Positions 32,403-44,735 of a stretch of 64,000 nucleotides of DNA are shown here, in pieces (within the stretch, counting starts at the first letter, position 1; every line of letters starts with the position of its first letter). The stretch spans positions 1-64,000 of the forward strand of contig CAVZQN010000003.1 in NCBI GenBank assembly GCA_963777505.1, in the 5' to 3' direction. The notes under the pieces were generated by a model that had not been told where the DNA came from, did no database searches, and saw nothing but the letters and a program-made list of their open reading frames with translations. The position numbers and the translations under genes were made by a program. This DNA is from an uncultured bacterium (GTDB lineage: Bacteria > Acidobacteriota > HRBIN11 > JAKEFK01).

Positions 32403-33758
32403 ATGGTTTCAAGAATCGATTCCGGAAAGACAGGTCCAGTTTCACAACCTGAGCCTAAGGAAGTAGAAGTCAGTCAAAAATCAAGTGATACTGCAGCGTT
32501 AGAAAATCAGGCTACACCAGCAGAAAACAAAACTGCACTTGCCTCAAATGCAGCCGAAAGAGCAAGTGAAAGTTCATTAACAGGACGCATTCTAGCAAAT
32601 CAATTGCAATCTCAAGTACAAGCACCGAGCACAGCTGTCGTACCATCTCAAGGTCCTCTTTTGTTTGAAGGCAAAAATGAGCCCGCTTCAACGAAGGATT
32701 TTCAAAAACAACTCAATGAATTTAGATCGGAAAAAGGCTTACCGCCGATTAAAGAAGATGGAATTTATGGCCCCGAAACGAAAGGCGCTGTAAAACAATT
32801 TCAGGAAGCAAATGGTTTAAAAAATGATGGAATCGTTGGAGACAATACAAGATCAAGATTAACACTGGAAAATAATCCTGACTTTAAGAAACTTGATCCG
32901 TCGGTTCAAGATCAGCTGCGCACTCGGATGAATGATTCCCAAAAGGATCCAACCTCCAGACAGCTTCTTCTAACAATTGGCACCGATCCAACATTCGCAA
33001 AACTTCCAAAAACGGAACAAGATGCTGCATTAAAAGACATCAGCACTTCGGCAAGTTCGTTAACGCAAAAAACACTTCAAGGGATGTCGAATGATGAATT
33101 GTTGAAGATTGCGGATTCTCCTGGGGGCCAGGAGCGTTTAAACGGAATGAAGTTCGCATTGCAACAAGGCCCGATCAGTCCTGGATCCTTGAAAGAACTG
33201 GACCGGCTTAATTCGGCAACATTTACTCCGGCAGGTGGATTGAAGCTGAAAGGAAGTGAAGCTGATAAAGCTGCTTACTTAAGCATGACAAGAAGGGAAA
33301 TGTTAACTTCGCCAACCTTTGCAAAGACCATGAATGAAATTAATGCCGACAAAGCTCATCCTGTAACTGTGAATGTTGGTCGTGACATGCCCAACGTCCG
33401 CCTGGATGTGGATCGTGGCAACGGTCTTCAAGACGTTGATTTGAATGATTTCGATAAGTTACCTAAAACTCCCGGAGCCAGTAATCCACATGCGATTACT
33501 CAAGGCGAAGTCTTATCCCATGCGATGAGAGAGGCGCGGCAAAGAGCGCTCGGTCAAAATCATGATCAAGCCCACGAAGCTGCTATTAATGAAGAGAATC
33601 AATACAGAAAGGACATCGGTCAAACGAGTACCAGGAAATTGCCGCCAAATGATGAAACAAGAGTGGACAATGATCTTGGCGATACAACTCTCGTGATCCA
33701 TTTCAATGGAGCACCAGATGAAGAACTAAAGTTTGATAAAAAACAGCGGCTTCAATAA
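32403..33758 (+). CDS. Effector-like protein: non-Sec leader + peptidoglycan-binding domain + atypical zincin-like domain, copy 2
   Basis: EDGIYGPETKGAVKQFQEANGLKNDGIVG; GEVLSHAMREA...AHEAAINEENQYRKDIG; long identical blocks shared with the 5856 protein. Confidence 0.8.
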   Translation: MVSRIDSGKTGPVSQPEPKEVEVSQKSSDTAALENQATPAENKTALASNAAERASESSLTGRILANQLQSQVQAPSTAVVPSQGPLLFEGKNEPASTKDFQKQLNEFRSEKGLPPIKEDGIYGPETKGAVKQFQEANGLKNDGIVGDNTRSRLTLENNPDFKKLDPSVQDQLRTRMNDSQKDPTSRQLLLTIGTDPTFAKLPKTEQDAALKDISTSASSLTQKTLQGMSNDELLKIADSPGGQERLNGMKFALQQGPISPGSLKELDRLNSATFTPAGGLKLKGSEADKAAYLSMTRREMLTSPTFAKTMNEINADKAHPVTVNVGRDMPNVRLDVDRGNGLQDVDLNDFDKLPKTPGASNPHAITQGEVLSHAMREARQRALGQNHDQAHEAAINEENQYRKDIGQTSTRKLPPNDETRVDNDLGDTTLVIHFNGAPDEELKFDKKQRLQ

Positions 33759-33767
33759 GGAGGAATT

Positions 33768-34202
33768 ATGGATCAGCAAAAAATAATAAGTGAAAAACAA
33801 AATCCACCTCTTGCTATGACTGAAGAAGAGTCATTGAAAGATCTTGTGAAGCGAAACAATCTCATCTTTATCGGTTCATTACTTGAACTGGGCAAACCAC
33901 CAAATGATTGGTCAGGATGTGGGAATGCGTTTCAAAGCGCTAAATATAAGATCGTCCGAATCATTAAAGGACAATATGGTGCTTCCGAAATTTCTGTAGA
34001 GCATGTCGTCGTTTACGGAAGTAAAACCGCTCAACCAGGCGAAACTCCTGGATTATTAAGTTCAATGTTCTCACCCAATAATGAACTGATTGTTTTTGCA
34101 AGGAAAACTGATTCCGGAAAATGGAAAGATACCAACGAGGTTCATGGCGCTCTTCCTGCAACGGACGAATGGCAGCAGAAGGTGGAAGCCGCCTTACGCT
34201 AA
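33768..34202 (+). CDS. Small TIMP/NTR-like partner, copy 2
   Basis: NLIFIGSL...KYKIVRIIKG...EISVEHVVVYGSKTAQ...ELIVFA; same GGAGGAATTATGGA junction as copy 1. Confidence 0.7.
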   Translation: MDQQKIISEKQNPPLAMTEEESLKDLVKRNNLIFIGSLLELGKPPNDWSGCGNAFQSAKYKIVRIIKGQYGASEISVEHVVVYGSKTAQPGETPGLLSSMFSPNNELIVFARKTDSGKWKDTNEVHGALPATDEWQQKVEAALR

Positions 34203-34204
34203 TC

Positions 34205-34281
34205 AAGAGAGGATAGAGAATAGAGGATAGAGAATAGCAGGTCCTTCCATCTTCTATCCTCTATTCTCTATCCTCTATTCT
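34205..34281. repeat. Heptamer tandem-repeat palindrome (ATAGAGG/ATAGAGA)
   Basis: agagaggatagagaatagaggatagagaatag ... ctatcctctattctctatcctctattct. Confidence 0.85.
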
Positions 34282-34372
34282 ACTTATGCCCACATATCTC
34301 ATTTGGTAATACTATTAAAATAGTACTACAGCCTTTCCTTCCAGGCTGGTCGTGTCAGATAGTGAAACTTAA

Positions 34373-34402
34373 TTGACACAGAACGAGGCGGACGGCTACA
34401 AT
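34373..34402 (+). promoter_or_regulatory. Sigma70-like promoter of the TonB-receptor operon
   Basis: TTGACA-N18-TACAAT; palindrome gtaatactattaaaatagtactac at 34306-34329. Confidence 0.55.
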
Positions 34403-34636
34403 AGGTTCATCCCAGGAACTGGTCCCATTGAGGGAGAGTGTGAAGGCATTTCCTGAATCAAATATCGTTTCGTTTTCTGGTCGAGAACCAATCCATTTGC
34501 ATCTGCCTCCCTGCCTCATTTCACAGCTTTGCGGGATCATCAAGCATGCTTTCGATACTTCTGCTACTGCGCGAGAAAATCACAAGTTAGAAGTAATGCT
34601 TGAAGCTTGAAACATTAATTCACAGGGGAGTTCAAT

Positions 34637-37315
34637 ATGCTGCGTATCAAAAAATCAGTTGGTCTTTCATTAGTTCTTTTGCTTTTTGCAGTCATGCTGG
34701 CATATGGTCAGTCAAGAGAAACCGGCGCAATTCAGGGATCCATTACAGACTCAGAAGGTGCCCCAGTTCCGGGTGTAACTGTTACTGCGACAAATATGAC
34801 TCTGAAGGGACGCGATGCCACGGCGTTCACAGATGAAAAAGGAAAGTATCGATTTCCTTCACTTGCACCGGGAACCTACCAGATTCAAGCAGAGCTGGAA
34901 GGTTTTCAAACTTCAGTTCGTTCAGACGTTCGATTGTTTGTAGGCAACACCGTTGATGTAGACCTGAGCATCGGACAGTCTGTCACAGAGACAATCGAAA
35001 TTTCAGGCGAAACTCCTTTAATTGATGCAACAACAACAGCAAGCTCGAAAACAGTCCCCGTGGAAACGATTGAGAGTTTGCCGAAAATGTCCTTTGCGTT
35101 GGATCTCTTCACGCTAACCCCCGGAGTTGGAGATCTCAGCTATGTGGCTTACGGAGCGGGTGGATCGCAAGCCAATGCGTATTGGTTTGACGGTGTCGAC
35201 ATTAGCAATCCTGTTGATGGAACTTACTGGATTTATCCAAATTACAACTGGATTGAGGAAGTCCAGGTTGTCGGTATCGGAGCTCCAGCGGAATATGGTG
35301 GTTTTTCCGGAGTCATTACCAATACTGTCAGTCGTTCCGGCAGCAACGAATTTCATGGCCTCGTTGAAACATTTTTTCAGAACGATTCGCTGCAGGGTGA
35401 AAATGTCGATGAACCCGGTTTAGAAGACTTAGGATCAGATACAACGGATCTGTTCACCGATTCGACGATTCAGGTGGGCGGCAGGCTTATTCACGATAAG
35501 CTCTGGTTCTTCACAAGCGCAGAGTACTACTACGATCGATCAGCACCGTTTGGATATCCACCGGACAACTCAAATTCGTTTGTAAAAGTAACGCAGCCAC
35601 GTATTCTCAACAAACTGACGTACAAAGTAAACGACAACAATACCATGCAGGGCTTTATCCAGTGGGATGATTATGATCTGGACGGTGGCAGTGCAAGTCG
35701 GTTTACACTTCCAGAAGCAACAAGCGTAAATGGCGGACCAGAGTGGTTCTACAACGCCTCATGGATTTCGATTCTCAATCCGGAAACCGTGCTCGATGTT
35801 CGCTACAGTGGTTACAATTCGAAATACGACACCAATGGACGGAATGGCGACATCCCAGGACACGTCGATCAAATACGGACATTTCCAACACCAATTATTT
35901 TGGAATCCGTTTACGAGATCGCATAGAAATCAGATTAATGCCAACGTTTCTTATCATGCGAGCGATTTCATCAAAGGCAATCACGATTTCAAATTCGGTA
36001 TCGAATATGAGCATTCCAACGCGGATACGGTCCGAGGGTTGGAATGGCGACGCATATTACTATGATGGACTTGGACAAAATTCTTATGATCCGACGAGTC
36101 CCAATTTCTATCGCACTCTTTGGGAAGGCTATGACTCTTTGAGCCGGATCCGTCGAACGAGTTTCTTTGCGCAAGATAACTGGAATGTTACAGATCACGT
36201 GAATCTCAGTGTCGGCGTCCGCGTCGATCGCAATCATGCGTTCCTTGAAGAAGCAACTCAAATTGAATACACAACGACTCCAGTCGCACCTCGTGTAGGT
36301 ATCGTTTACGATGTGGGCGGTGATGACACCACCGTTATCAAGGCTCATTACGGACATTTCTACGACAAAGCGATCTGTTTCTATATCGACGGAATCGACA
36401 ACTTTGGAGATAGGACGTACCAATACTGGTATGGAACATATTGGGGAACCTATCGATTCTCTCCCGGGGATAGTTTCTTTGTGGTCGATCCTGATTTAAA
36501 ACAAACGTATGTTGAGCAATTCACGATAGGAGTGGATAAAGCCTTACCGGAAGGGGTTACGCTCAGCGCGCATTACATATACCGGGACTTTCATAACATT
36601 GCGGAGGATGTTGAAACAAACGGAATCTATGAAGAGGTACCATTTGTCAATCCTGTTACAGGAGAGGCGATGACTCTTTTTAACCGGCTGAACCCTGACA
36701 CTCCCGACTCCTTCTTCATAACGAACCCCGACGGCCTATTCCGGAACTACCATGGGATTGAAGTTTATGGAGGAAAACGCTTTGGAAATGATTTCAGTTT
36801 AACAGGTTCCGTTGTTTGGTCGCGAAGCAGAGGAAACACCGGCAACAGTGACACTGAAGCGGACGGCTTTACAACGCTTTTCGATGATCCGAACAATAAT
36901 ATCAACATCGATGGAAAACCGACACACGACCCAACATGGGAATTCAAAGTAACAGGTATTTTTAAGATGCCCTGGGAGATTTTAGGGTCTTTCTATTTCC
37001 GACATTTTACTGGGGATACGTTCACCACGACTTTTCAAACTGGACGCGATGATCTGAGTCAAGGGCGTGTAATCGTCCGTGCGGTTCCTCGCGGGAGCGA
37101 ACGCCTGGATTCGAGAAGTGTTTTCGACTTACGGTTTGAGAAAGGAATTTGCTGTCTCTGACGGCAATCTGAAATTTACATTCGATTTTTTCAATTTGTT
37201 TAACAGCGGATATGTGACCAATTTGGAAGAACGTTTCGATCTAGTATCGTTTCTCGAACCAGAAGAATTTACTGCGCCTCGTCAAGTTCGACTTGGCGTC
37301 CGCTATCAGTTCTAA
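34637..37315 (+). CDS. Oar-like TonB-dependent receptor with carboxypeptidase-regulatory-like domain, split by at least 3 frameshifts
   Basis: ETGAIQGSITD...PGVTV; PAEYGG...RSGSNEFHG plug region; pieces in ORFs 34637, 35730, 35743 and 37079 join into one barrel ending PRQVRLGVRYQF. Confidence 0.88.
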
Positions 37316-37322
37316 AATATAA

Positions 37323-37399
37323 GCAGGGGCGGGTCTAAGACCCGCCCGCGTCAGATTTTATTTTGCAATGGAACGGGCGGGTCTAAGACCCGCCCCTAC
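37323..37399. repeat. REP doublet, GTAGGGGCG family
   Basis: gcaggggcgggtctaagacccgccc ... gggcgggtctaagacccgcccctac. Confidence 0.8.
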
Positions 37400-37404
37400 A
37401 AACT

Positions 37405-39682
37405 TTGAAGAAATACCTTCTTTATGCTTTAGCTATCATTCCTTTACTGTATCTCGCATATCGGACTTTTGAACGGCCAAAGAAGCATCAGAAGATGCAA
37501 CGATTCTGCATACAATTTGATTCTGATTTCAATCGACACGGTGCGTGCCGATTATTTGCAGATATATAACCCTACCGGTGTGCCAACACCAAATCTTTCG
37601 AAAATAGCGAACCATGGTTATCTGTATACGAATGTAATTGCACAGGTGCCGTTCACGCTTCCTTCTCACTCCAGCATGCTTACCGGTACGTATCCTTTAA
37701 AACACAGAGTCCAGGAAAACATTGGCGCAAAATTAGGCGATGACGCCGTAACCCTTGCGGAAGTTTTGAAAGAAAATGGTTATCAGACCGCAGGATTCAT
37801 CGGGGCACTTGTTCTGGAATCAGGAACTGGTATTGAGCAGGGGTTCGATACATTCGATGACGTCTTTGTCCGGGAAGATAAAGTGATGGACGACCGCAGC
37901 GGTATACAAAAAGATGGCGCATCCGTAAAGCGGTCCTTCCTCAACTGGCTTGATCAAAGACAAACAAGTTCTCCTTTCTTTTCATTCATTCATTTCTACG
38001 ATCCTCATACACCATATAATCCGCCGCCTCCTTTTCGTCCAACTGAAAACGAACCGCGTGCTTTGTATCGTGGGGAGCTTCAGTATGTGGATGCCGTCAT
38101 CGGTGAACTGGTTGACGATCTGTCTCGCAGACAGTTGTTGAATCGAACGATTCTTGTGATCACTGGGGATCATGGTGAAATGCTGGGTGAGCATGGCGAA
38201 AATGGACACGGATTTTTTGTCTACCAGGAGGCTGTACGTGTTCCATTGCTGATTTCGCTACCCGATGGCTCCAAAGGCACGTCGAATGAAGTTTTGGAAC
38301 TTGTTGATTTAATGCCAACCGTTTTGGAGCTGCTCAAAATTCCGGTTCCCAAAACAGTTCAAGGAAAGTCGTTTGCTCAAAATCTCACTGGAAAAAATTC
38401 ATCATCGGGTTTTGCATATGCAGAGTCTCTTACAGCGACACAGCATTTTGGCGCGGCTCCACTTCTAAGCTTGCAGGATCACCGGTTTAAGTACATCGAA
38501 AGTCCGCAGCCGGAACTTTATGATCTGAAGGAAGATGCGCATGAACTAAACAACATCGCGGTCAAACGAAAAGAAATCGCGAACAAGATGAAAACAGTTT
38601 TACAGGAATTTCTCGGCAAAAATAAAGACACAAGCGCGAAACCGGTAGAGCGGGAGATTTCACCTGAACAACAGGAACAACTGGCTGCACTCGGCTATAT
38701 TGGGGGGACTTCAGCAGCTGACTATCGGGATTCAACTCTGGATGCAAAAGAATGTATTGAGAGTTGGAAAGACCTGGGCATCTTGAGCGAGCTGGTAACG
38801 CAGCCGCCTTGTGAGGAGTGTATTGTCCTTGTAGACAGAATTCGGAAGCGCGGGGTTTTGCCGGTTCAAGCACGTATCTTTGCAGCACGCGCTTATGCCG
38901 GGTTGCAAGATTACAAAAACGCAATTTCCGTTTTGCAGGACATTGTTCAGGAGAACCCGAGAAATACTCAAGCTCAATTGGTTCTTGCTTATTCACTAAC
39001 AAGGGCCGGCGATCATCCTTCTGCACTTCGAATCTATAAACAATTGATGGAAGAAGATTCTCTGCTTGGATTGGAAAATTATGCAGAGCTGATGATCCGG
39101 TTAAATCGAAAACAGGAATTGCATCAAACAATAGAACAATTTGCTGCTACGCATAAACTAAGCGAAAAACATTATCCGGTTCTCGGTGAAATCTACTTGC
39201 TTCTACAAAAACTCGAGGAAGCTCGAAGTTATTTGATGAAGGCGATGGAAACATCACCTGAAAATCCTTACGTTTATATTCATCTTTCAGCGTTAGTCGA
39301 TGCTGAAGGAAAGACCATGGAGGCAATTAACCTTCTTGAACAGAGGCGCGGACAATTTGAGACTGCAGATTATTTAATGCAACTTGGGAGGCTGTACGCG
39401 AAAATAGGAAATACTCAGAAGGAACATGAAGCTTTCCAGGAAATGGTACGATCGTATCCGAATGATTCCAGAGGTTATTTCTTCCTTGGAAAAATCATTC
39501 TCCAACAACGTGGAGATATGAAGCAGGTAATTCAACTGGCAGAGAAAGGACTGAGCCTTAATCCCGATCCGGAATTCCAGTCTTTCGGATATTTTCTCTT
39601 AGGAGATGCATATACGGCACTCGGGGAGTCAGCGAAAGCCCAAAGTTATTTGAAAAAGGCGGAACAATTGCGGGCTCAGTGA
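37405..39682 (+). CDS. Sulfatase-like hydrolase/transferase + TPR protein (frameshift near 37500)
   Basis: TTG-KKYLLYALAIIPLLYLAY anchor in another frame; IDTVRAD, TLPSHSSMLTG, YDPH, GDHGE, LAALGY, TPR helices. Confidence 0.85.
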
Positions 39683-39710
39683 ACTACTCGCCTTAATATT
39701 CAGTTAGCAC

Positions 39711-42004
39711 ATGAGATCAGTAAAATTAAAACTGTTGGCGCCGGTTATTGCTATTCTCCTGGCAGCAGCCTATTACATCTGGCGGGGCAGCACGCCCGGA
39801 ATTACCGGAGTTCCTCCAATCTGTCGCAAAAGAAAAGTACAACGTTTTACTCATCACGGTTGATACAATCCGCGCCGACCGGCTCGGATGTTATGGTTTT
39901 CAAGACATTGAAACACCCAACATCGATGCGCTTGCTGCCTCGGGAACTCTTTTCTTGGATGCGACCGCACACGTTCCTTTAACACTGCCATCACATACTT
40001 CAATTCATACAGGACATTTTCCTTCCTTTCATGGAATTCATGATAACGGTGGCTTTTACGTGTCTAAATCTCAAACCACACTCGCTGAAATGTTCCGGCA
40101 GAATGGATTTGTAACGGCAGGATTTGTCGGCGCTTACGTTCTGGATTCAATCTGGGGACTCGATCAGGGCTTCGACACTTACTTCGATAATTTTGAGATT
40201 TCAAAACAGAAAAGATTTAGTCTCGCGAGCGTGCAACGAAAGGCAGACGATGTTCTGGACCAGTCACTGGAATGGCTTGGCGAAAACAAGGACAAACGTT
40301 TTTTTCTTTGGACACATTTTTACGATCCGCATACACCTTATGAACCTCCCAAAGAATACGAGATGAAATATCCGGATCGGCCTTACATTGGTGAAATCGC
40401 GTATACAGATTCCGTAATCGGTAAAATGCTGAACTATCTCGATCAGAATCAGCTACGGGACAAGACAATCATTCTGCTAACCGGTGATCATGGAGAAAGT
40501 CTGGGGGAACATGATGAATCAACGCATGCGATCTTTCTCTATGATTCGACGTTGAAAGTTCCAATGATTCTTTCTGCGCCTGAAAAATTAATTCAAGGCA
40601 AGCGGATTCAGCAACAGGCGCGTTCCATCGATATCGCGCCCACTTTGTTGCAGCTTACCGGGATTCCGGTACCTGAAGATGTACAGGGAAGAAGTTTGCT
40701 CCATTTGATTTGGAACGAGCAATCGCCTTCGACGGTCTCGTACGCTGAAGCATACTATTCGCAATATCACTTCGGTTGGAGCAGGCTGCTTTCACTGCGT
40801 ACTTCCACGTTCAAATATATTGATGCACCAAAACCCGAACTGTACGACCTGAAATCGGATCCAGGTGAGTCCGTAAATTTGTATGAATCGAAAAAAGAAA
40901 TCGCCAAACAGATGAAATCTGAGCTCAGTCAAATTGAAAAGCAGAAGCAACAGGATGCAAGCATGCGTCCGGGAGCGGTAGATGCGGAAGTTCACGAAAA
41001 GCTTGCTGCACTTGGTTATGTTGGAGCTTTTGTCGAAACTCCAACAGAAGATCCAACTGATCGCGCAGATCCGAAAGACAAGATCTCCATGTTCAATCTA
41101 ATTCAAGATGCGCAGGAAGCTTCTCTGGATGAAAAAACTGAGGAGGCGATTGCGCTCTGCAAAAGAGGTTCTGGAACTGGATCCCGGGATCGTGGATGCT
41201 CAGTTCCTACTGGGAAACGAATACTTTCGAAGCAAACAATATCCGCTCGCACTCGAAGCGTTCAAAAAAACACTCGAGTTGAAACCCGACTACGATGCAG
41301 CAATAGTGAACCTTGCCAATACGTATCGCCGAATGGGACGAATAGAAGAAGCCCTTGCTGGATTCCAACACTTTTTGCAAAAGAAACCAGATAATGCACA
41401 GATTCTTCATCTGGTTGGTGAGCTCTATCTGGCCATGGAGCGTCCGGAGGATGCGCTCGCCTCGTTTCAAAAAGCGATCGCTGTGGAGCCTGATACAAGC
41501 TGGCTCTACAACGGAATTGGCGCTGTCTATTACAAGCAGAAAGAGTATGTCAGGGCTGAGCAGTTCTTCCGAAAAGCGCTGGAATTAAATCCGGAAACTG
41601 CGATGACGCATTTTAACCTCGCGCAACTTTACGAAAAGCTGGGACAAATGGATCGTGCCATCGAAGAGTATCATGCAGAGCTTAATGTGGCCGCGCAAAA
41701 TGTGAAGGCGCATTTCAATCTTGGCAGATTCTATATGAAAGAAGGACAGATAGACTCCGGTATCAAGCACATGCAAGCCGCCATTGAAGCGGAACCGGAT
41801 TTTGCTATCGGTCATCTTTTTTTAGCGCAAGCCTTTGTAGAAAAAGGAGATTTGACGAAAGCAAAAGAATTGGCGGAAAAAGGTCTTTCACTGAATCCCG
41901 ATCCTGAATATCGGCCGTTAGGGCACTTCGTGCTTGCGGACATCTACAACAGGCAGGGACGTTTTGATCTAGAACGGCAGGAACTTCGCAAAGCGAATCA
42001 CTAA
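39711..42004 (+). CDS. Sulfatase-like hydrolase/transferase + TPR protein (frameshifts near 39800 and 41160)
   Basis: MRSVKLKLLAPVIAILLAAAYY anchor; VDTIRAD, TLPSHTSIHTG, GDHGE; TPR array in ORF 41108-42004. Confidence 0.85.
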
Positions 42005-42067
42005 TCGAATGGAATGGCGCCTGGTTATGTCTTGAATTTCTTTTGTGCGGAACTAATGTTCTAGTAG

Positions 42068-42217
42068 ATGATTCGTAAACTAAGAAACGGACAATACAGG
42101 CTTTACTCGCGCAAGAAAGATCCGAAGACCGGGAAGCGCCGCAATTTAGGAACTTTTCCCACCAAAGAAGCAGCCCAAAAACACGAACGGGCAGTTCAGT
42201 TTTTTAAACACAAATAG
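42068..42217 (+). CDS. Small basic protein (49 aa)
   Basis: MIRKLRNGQYRLYSRKKDPKTGKRRNLGTFPTKEAAQKHERAVQFFKHK; below the ORF-track cutoff. Confidence 0.75.
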   Translation: MIRKLRNGQYRLYSRKKDPKTGKRRNLGTFPTKEAAQKHERAVQFFKHK

Positions 42218-42287
42218 TCTTATTGCGACCCCCTGAAGGAAACTTCTTTCTTGTTGTTAACAGCTCTGCGCATTTTTGCGAGAGTTT

Positions 42288-42482
42288 TTACATCAATGCT
42301 ATTAAAAGAAGTTGTCCGGTGACTAAATCCTTTACCTCAGCGACTGGTGAATTTGAATATAGTTCGCGCATTTGTTCGGCCAGGGTCTCCACAGTCAACT
42401 CTAGCGTATCCGAAAGGTCAAGGTTCTGTTCAACCTCTCCTCCTTCATTATCAGATTGTCCTGCACCTATTTCCAAGTTCAT
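42288..42482 (-). CDS. Small acidic hypothetical protein (possibly frameshifted at 3' end)
   Basis: GGAGGAAGT-ATG (MNLEIGAGQSD...); another frame continues DVKTLAKMRRAVN toward ~42220. Confidence 0.4.
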   Translation of the reverse strand: MNLEIGAGQSDNEGGEVEQNLDLSDTLELTVETLAEQMRELYSNSPVAEVKDLVTGQLLLIALM

Positions 42483-42685
42483 ACTTCCTCCGAATAACGA
42501 ATCATCAAACGCAGTTAGAGTAAATCGAATAATGTCCACCTGCATCGGCCTAGAGTGCGACTAGTATCTATGAAAATAGGTGAGCGTGTAACTCCAACTT
42601 AAGTTATAGTTGCGAAAGCACGGCTAGAACAGCAGAAACAACGCAGAGCAAATCTTTAGTAAGCTCCCTACCTACCGAATCAATA

Positions 42686-43855
42686 TTAGGGGGTCAGTAC
42701 GATTTTGATGCAACCTTCTACACGATCATTAAAAATCTGATAACCTTCGGCTGCATCTTCAAGCTTCATTGGATGCGTGATAATGAAGCTTGGATTGATA
42801 TCGCCTCGGATCACAAGTTCTAAAAGCCTTGCCATATATTTTTGAACATTCGTTTGTCCCATTTTGAAGGTTAGTCCTTTTGCGAACGCAGCTCCAATCG
42901 GAAATTTATCAATCAACCCGCCATACACACCAGGGATTGATACGGTTCCACCTTTTCGGCAAGCCAAAATTGCTTCGCGTAGCGCGTGGGGCCGATCGGT
43001 TTCAAGCCTTACAGCTTGTTTTGCATAATCATAAATGGCGCCAATCGTACGGCCATGAGCTTCCATTCCTACTGCATCAATACACGAATCCGGACCCCTG
43101 CCGCCGGTTCTTACTTTCAGTTCATCAATCACATCGTAATCATCGTAATTGATTACATCAGCACCTACATCCAGAGAAGCCATTTCAAGCCGCTCTGGAA
43201 TTCTATCAATCGCAATGACTTTTTCTGCTCCAAGCAAATACGCACTTTTTATAGCTAGCAGTCCAACAGGACCGCATCCCCATACAGCGATGGTATCTCC
43301 AGGTTGAATATTGCAATTTTCTGCAGCTGCATAACCCGTGGGAAAAATGTCTGACAAAAATAACACTTGCTCATCCGTTAATTCCGGGGGCACCTTGATC
43401 GGACCTACATCGGCCATTGGAACACGCACAAATTCGGCCTGTCCGCCAGAATAGCCGCCATACATGTGTGAATAGCCGAACAACCCTGCACCTGTGTATT
43501 TATAGAGCAACTCCGCCATATATGCGTTTGGATTTGTGTTATCACAAAGAGACCAAAACTCATTCTGGCAGAAGAAACAACTTCCACATCCAATATTAAA
43601 TGGCACTACTACACGGTCGCCGACATTCAGGAAATGATCCTTCGATCCAACTTCTACAACTTCTCCCATGAACTCATGGCCAAGTACATCGCCTTTTTTC
43701 ATGGTCGGAATATATCCGTTGTAAATATGTAAATCTGAACCGCAAATCGCGGTGGATGTAATTCGAATGATTGCATCTCGTGGATTAATAATGTGCGGCT
43801 CCGGCACATTCTCCACACGTACATCATTCTTTCCATACCAGCAAACAGCTTTCAT
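42686..43855 (-). CDS. Zinc-dependent alcohol dehydrogenase (glutathione-dependent formaldehyde dehydrogenase-like, YbdR type)
   Basis: [20 protein letters not shown]...[15 protein letters not shown]. Confidence 0.95.
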   Translation of the reverse strand: MKAVCWYGKNDVRVENVPEPHIINPRDAIIRITSTAICGSDLHIYNGYIPTMKKGDVLGHEFMGEVVEVGSKDHFLNVGDRVVVPFNIGCGSCFFCQNEFWSLCDNTNPNAYMAELLYKYTGAGLFGYSHMYGGYSGGQAEFVRVPMADVGPIKVPPELTDEQVLFLSDIFPTGYAAAENCNIQPGDTIAVWGCGPVGLLAIKSAYLLGAEKVIAIDRIPERLEMASLDVGADVINYDDYDVIDELKVRTGGRGPDSCIDAVGMEAHGRTIGAIYDYAKQAVRLETDRPHALREAILACRKGGTVSIPGVYGGLIDKFPIGAAFAKGLTFKMGQTNVQKYMARLLELVIRGDINPSFIITHPMKLEDAAEGYQIFNDRVEGCIKIVLTP

Positions 43856-43875
43856 AAATCCTCCTTGAACAATTC

Positions 43876-44613
43876 TTACGCTGCCGATCTTTTTCTTTTT
43901 CCTCCTTCAGGTTGACCTTCAGTTGTTGGAATTTCACCAGTCTCAATTAATTGTTTGAACCGGCGGAGATCTTCCTGGAGTTGAAATTCAGGTACTTCAC
44001 TTAACATCTTGGACAGAGCTCCTCCAAGTTTTCCTGTTCCAATGGCATAGTTCACTTCAACTTTTACTTCTGTGCCAAATCGGTTTTTGATCGGCTTAAA
44101 AGTGACTGATCCTGCATGATTGATTTCTGATTCCGGTAAAGTTCTCCACGCGATGAGTTCATTAGGGATTTCGTTGTAAATTTCAGCCTTCCATTCAACG
44201 ATTTTTCCTGGGGGAACTTTTGCTTTCCAAAGAGAAACACGATCATCGATCAATTCAACCGAGTCTAAATATTTCATGATTTTTGGCAGATTTCTGAAGT
44301 CACGCCAAAATGCAAATAGTTCCTCCGGCGATTTGTTGATTGTTACCGCTTTCGCAATCTTCTTGCCTTGATTGTGTCCAACAACAGCATTGGGAGGAAG
44401 TTGACGGGTTGTGTTGATTCCTAAGACGTTGTAGAACGCAGAATTTCCACGCAATCCGCGATAAATGAGACCGGCTCCGCTCGCGGCAGCTAGAACTTTC
44501 AGCGCTGTCGGTCGGATCCGGAACGCCCCAAGGAGTAAGAGGGTTCCTCCAAGTACTCCTGAAACACACCGTTCTGCATTTCCTATGTTTTTAGATGGAT
44601 GGTTTGTGTTCAT
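43876..44613 (-). CDS. SRPBCC/cyclase family protein with N-terminal YgaP-like TM domain
   Basis: NIGNAER...; [21 protein letters not shown]; [14 protein letters not shown]. Confidence 0.9.
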   Translation of the reverse strand: MNTNHPSKNIGNAERCVSGVLGGTLLLLGAFRIRPTALKVLAAASGAGLIYRGLRGNSAFYNVLGINTTRQLPPNAVVGHNQGKKIAKAVTINKSPEELFAFWRDFRNLPKIMKYLDSVELIDDRVSLWKAKVPPGKIVEWKAEIYNEIPNELIAWRTLPESEINHAGSVTFKPIKNRFGTEVKVEVNYAIGTGKLGGALSKMLSEVPEFQLQEDLRRFKQLIETGEIPTTEGQPEGGKRKRSAA

Positions 44614-44735
44614 AAATACCTCTTTGTCTAAAATCTAAACCGATGTTCGGAAGGTTCAAGAAAGATCTTGAGGAAAAACTTGTAGTCTTATTCGCGACAG
44701 AACTTCTTTGATTGCAGGAACGTAAACATTTAGCG

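Noticed and set aside
34205-34281. Possible CRISPR array (also considered at 49074)
   Set aside because: Tandem 7-9-mers in inverted arms with no unique spacers, and no cas genes
41155-41170. Programmed frameshift joining the sulfatase-like and TPR domains
   Set aside because: The paralog upstream encodes the same fusion in one frame; no slippery heptamer; many similar indels nearby point to error
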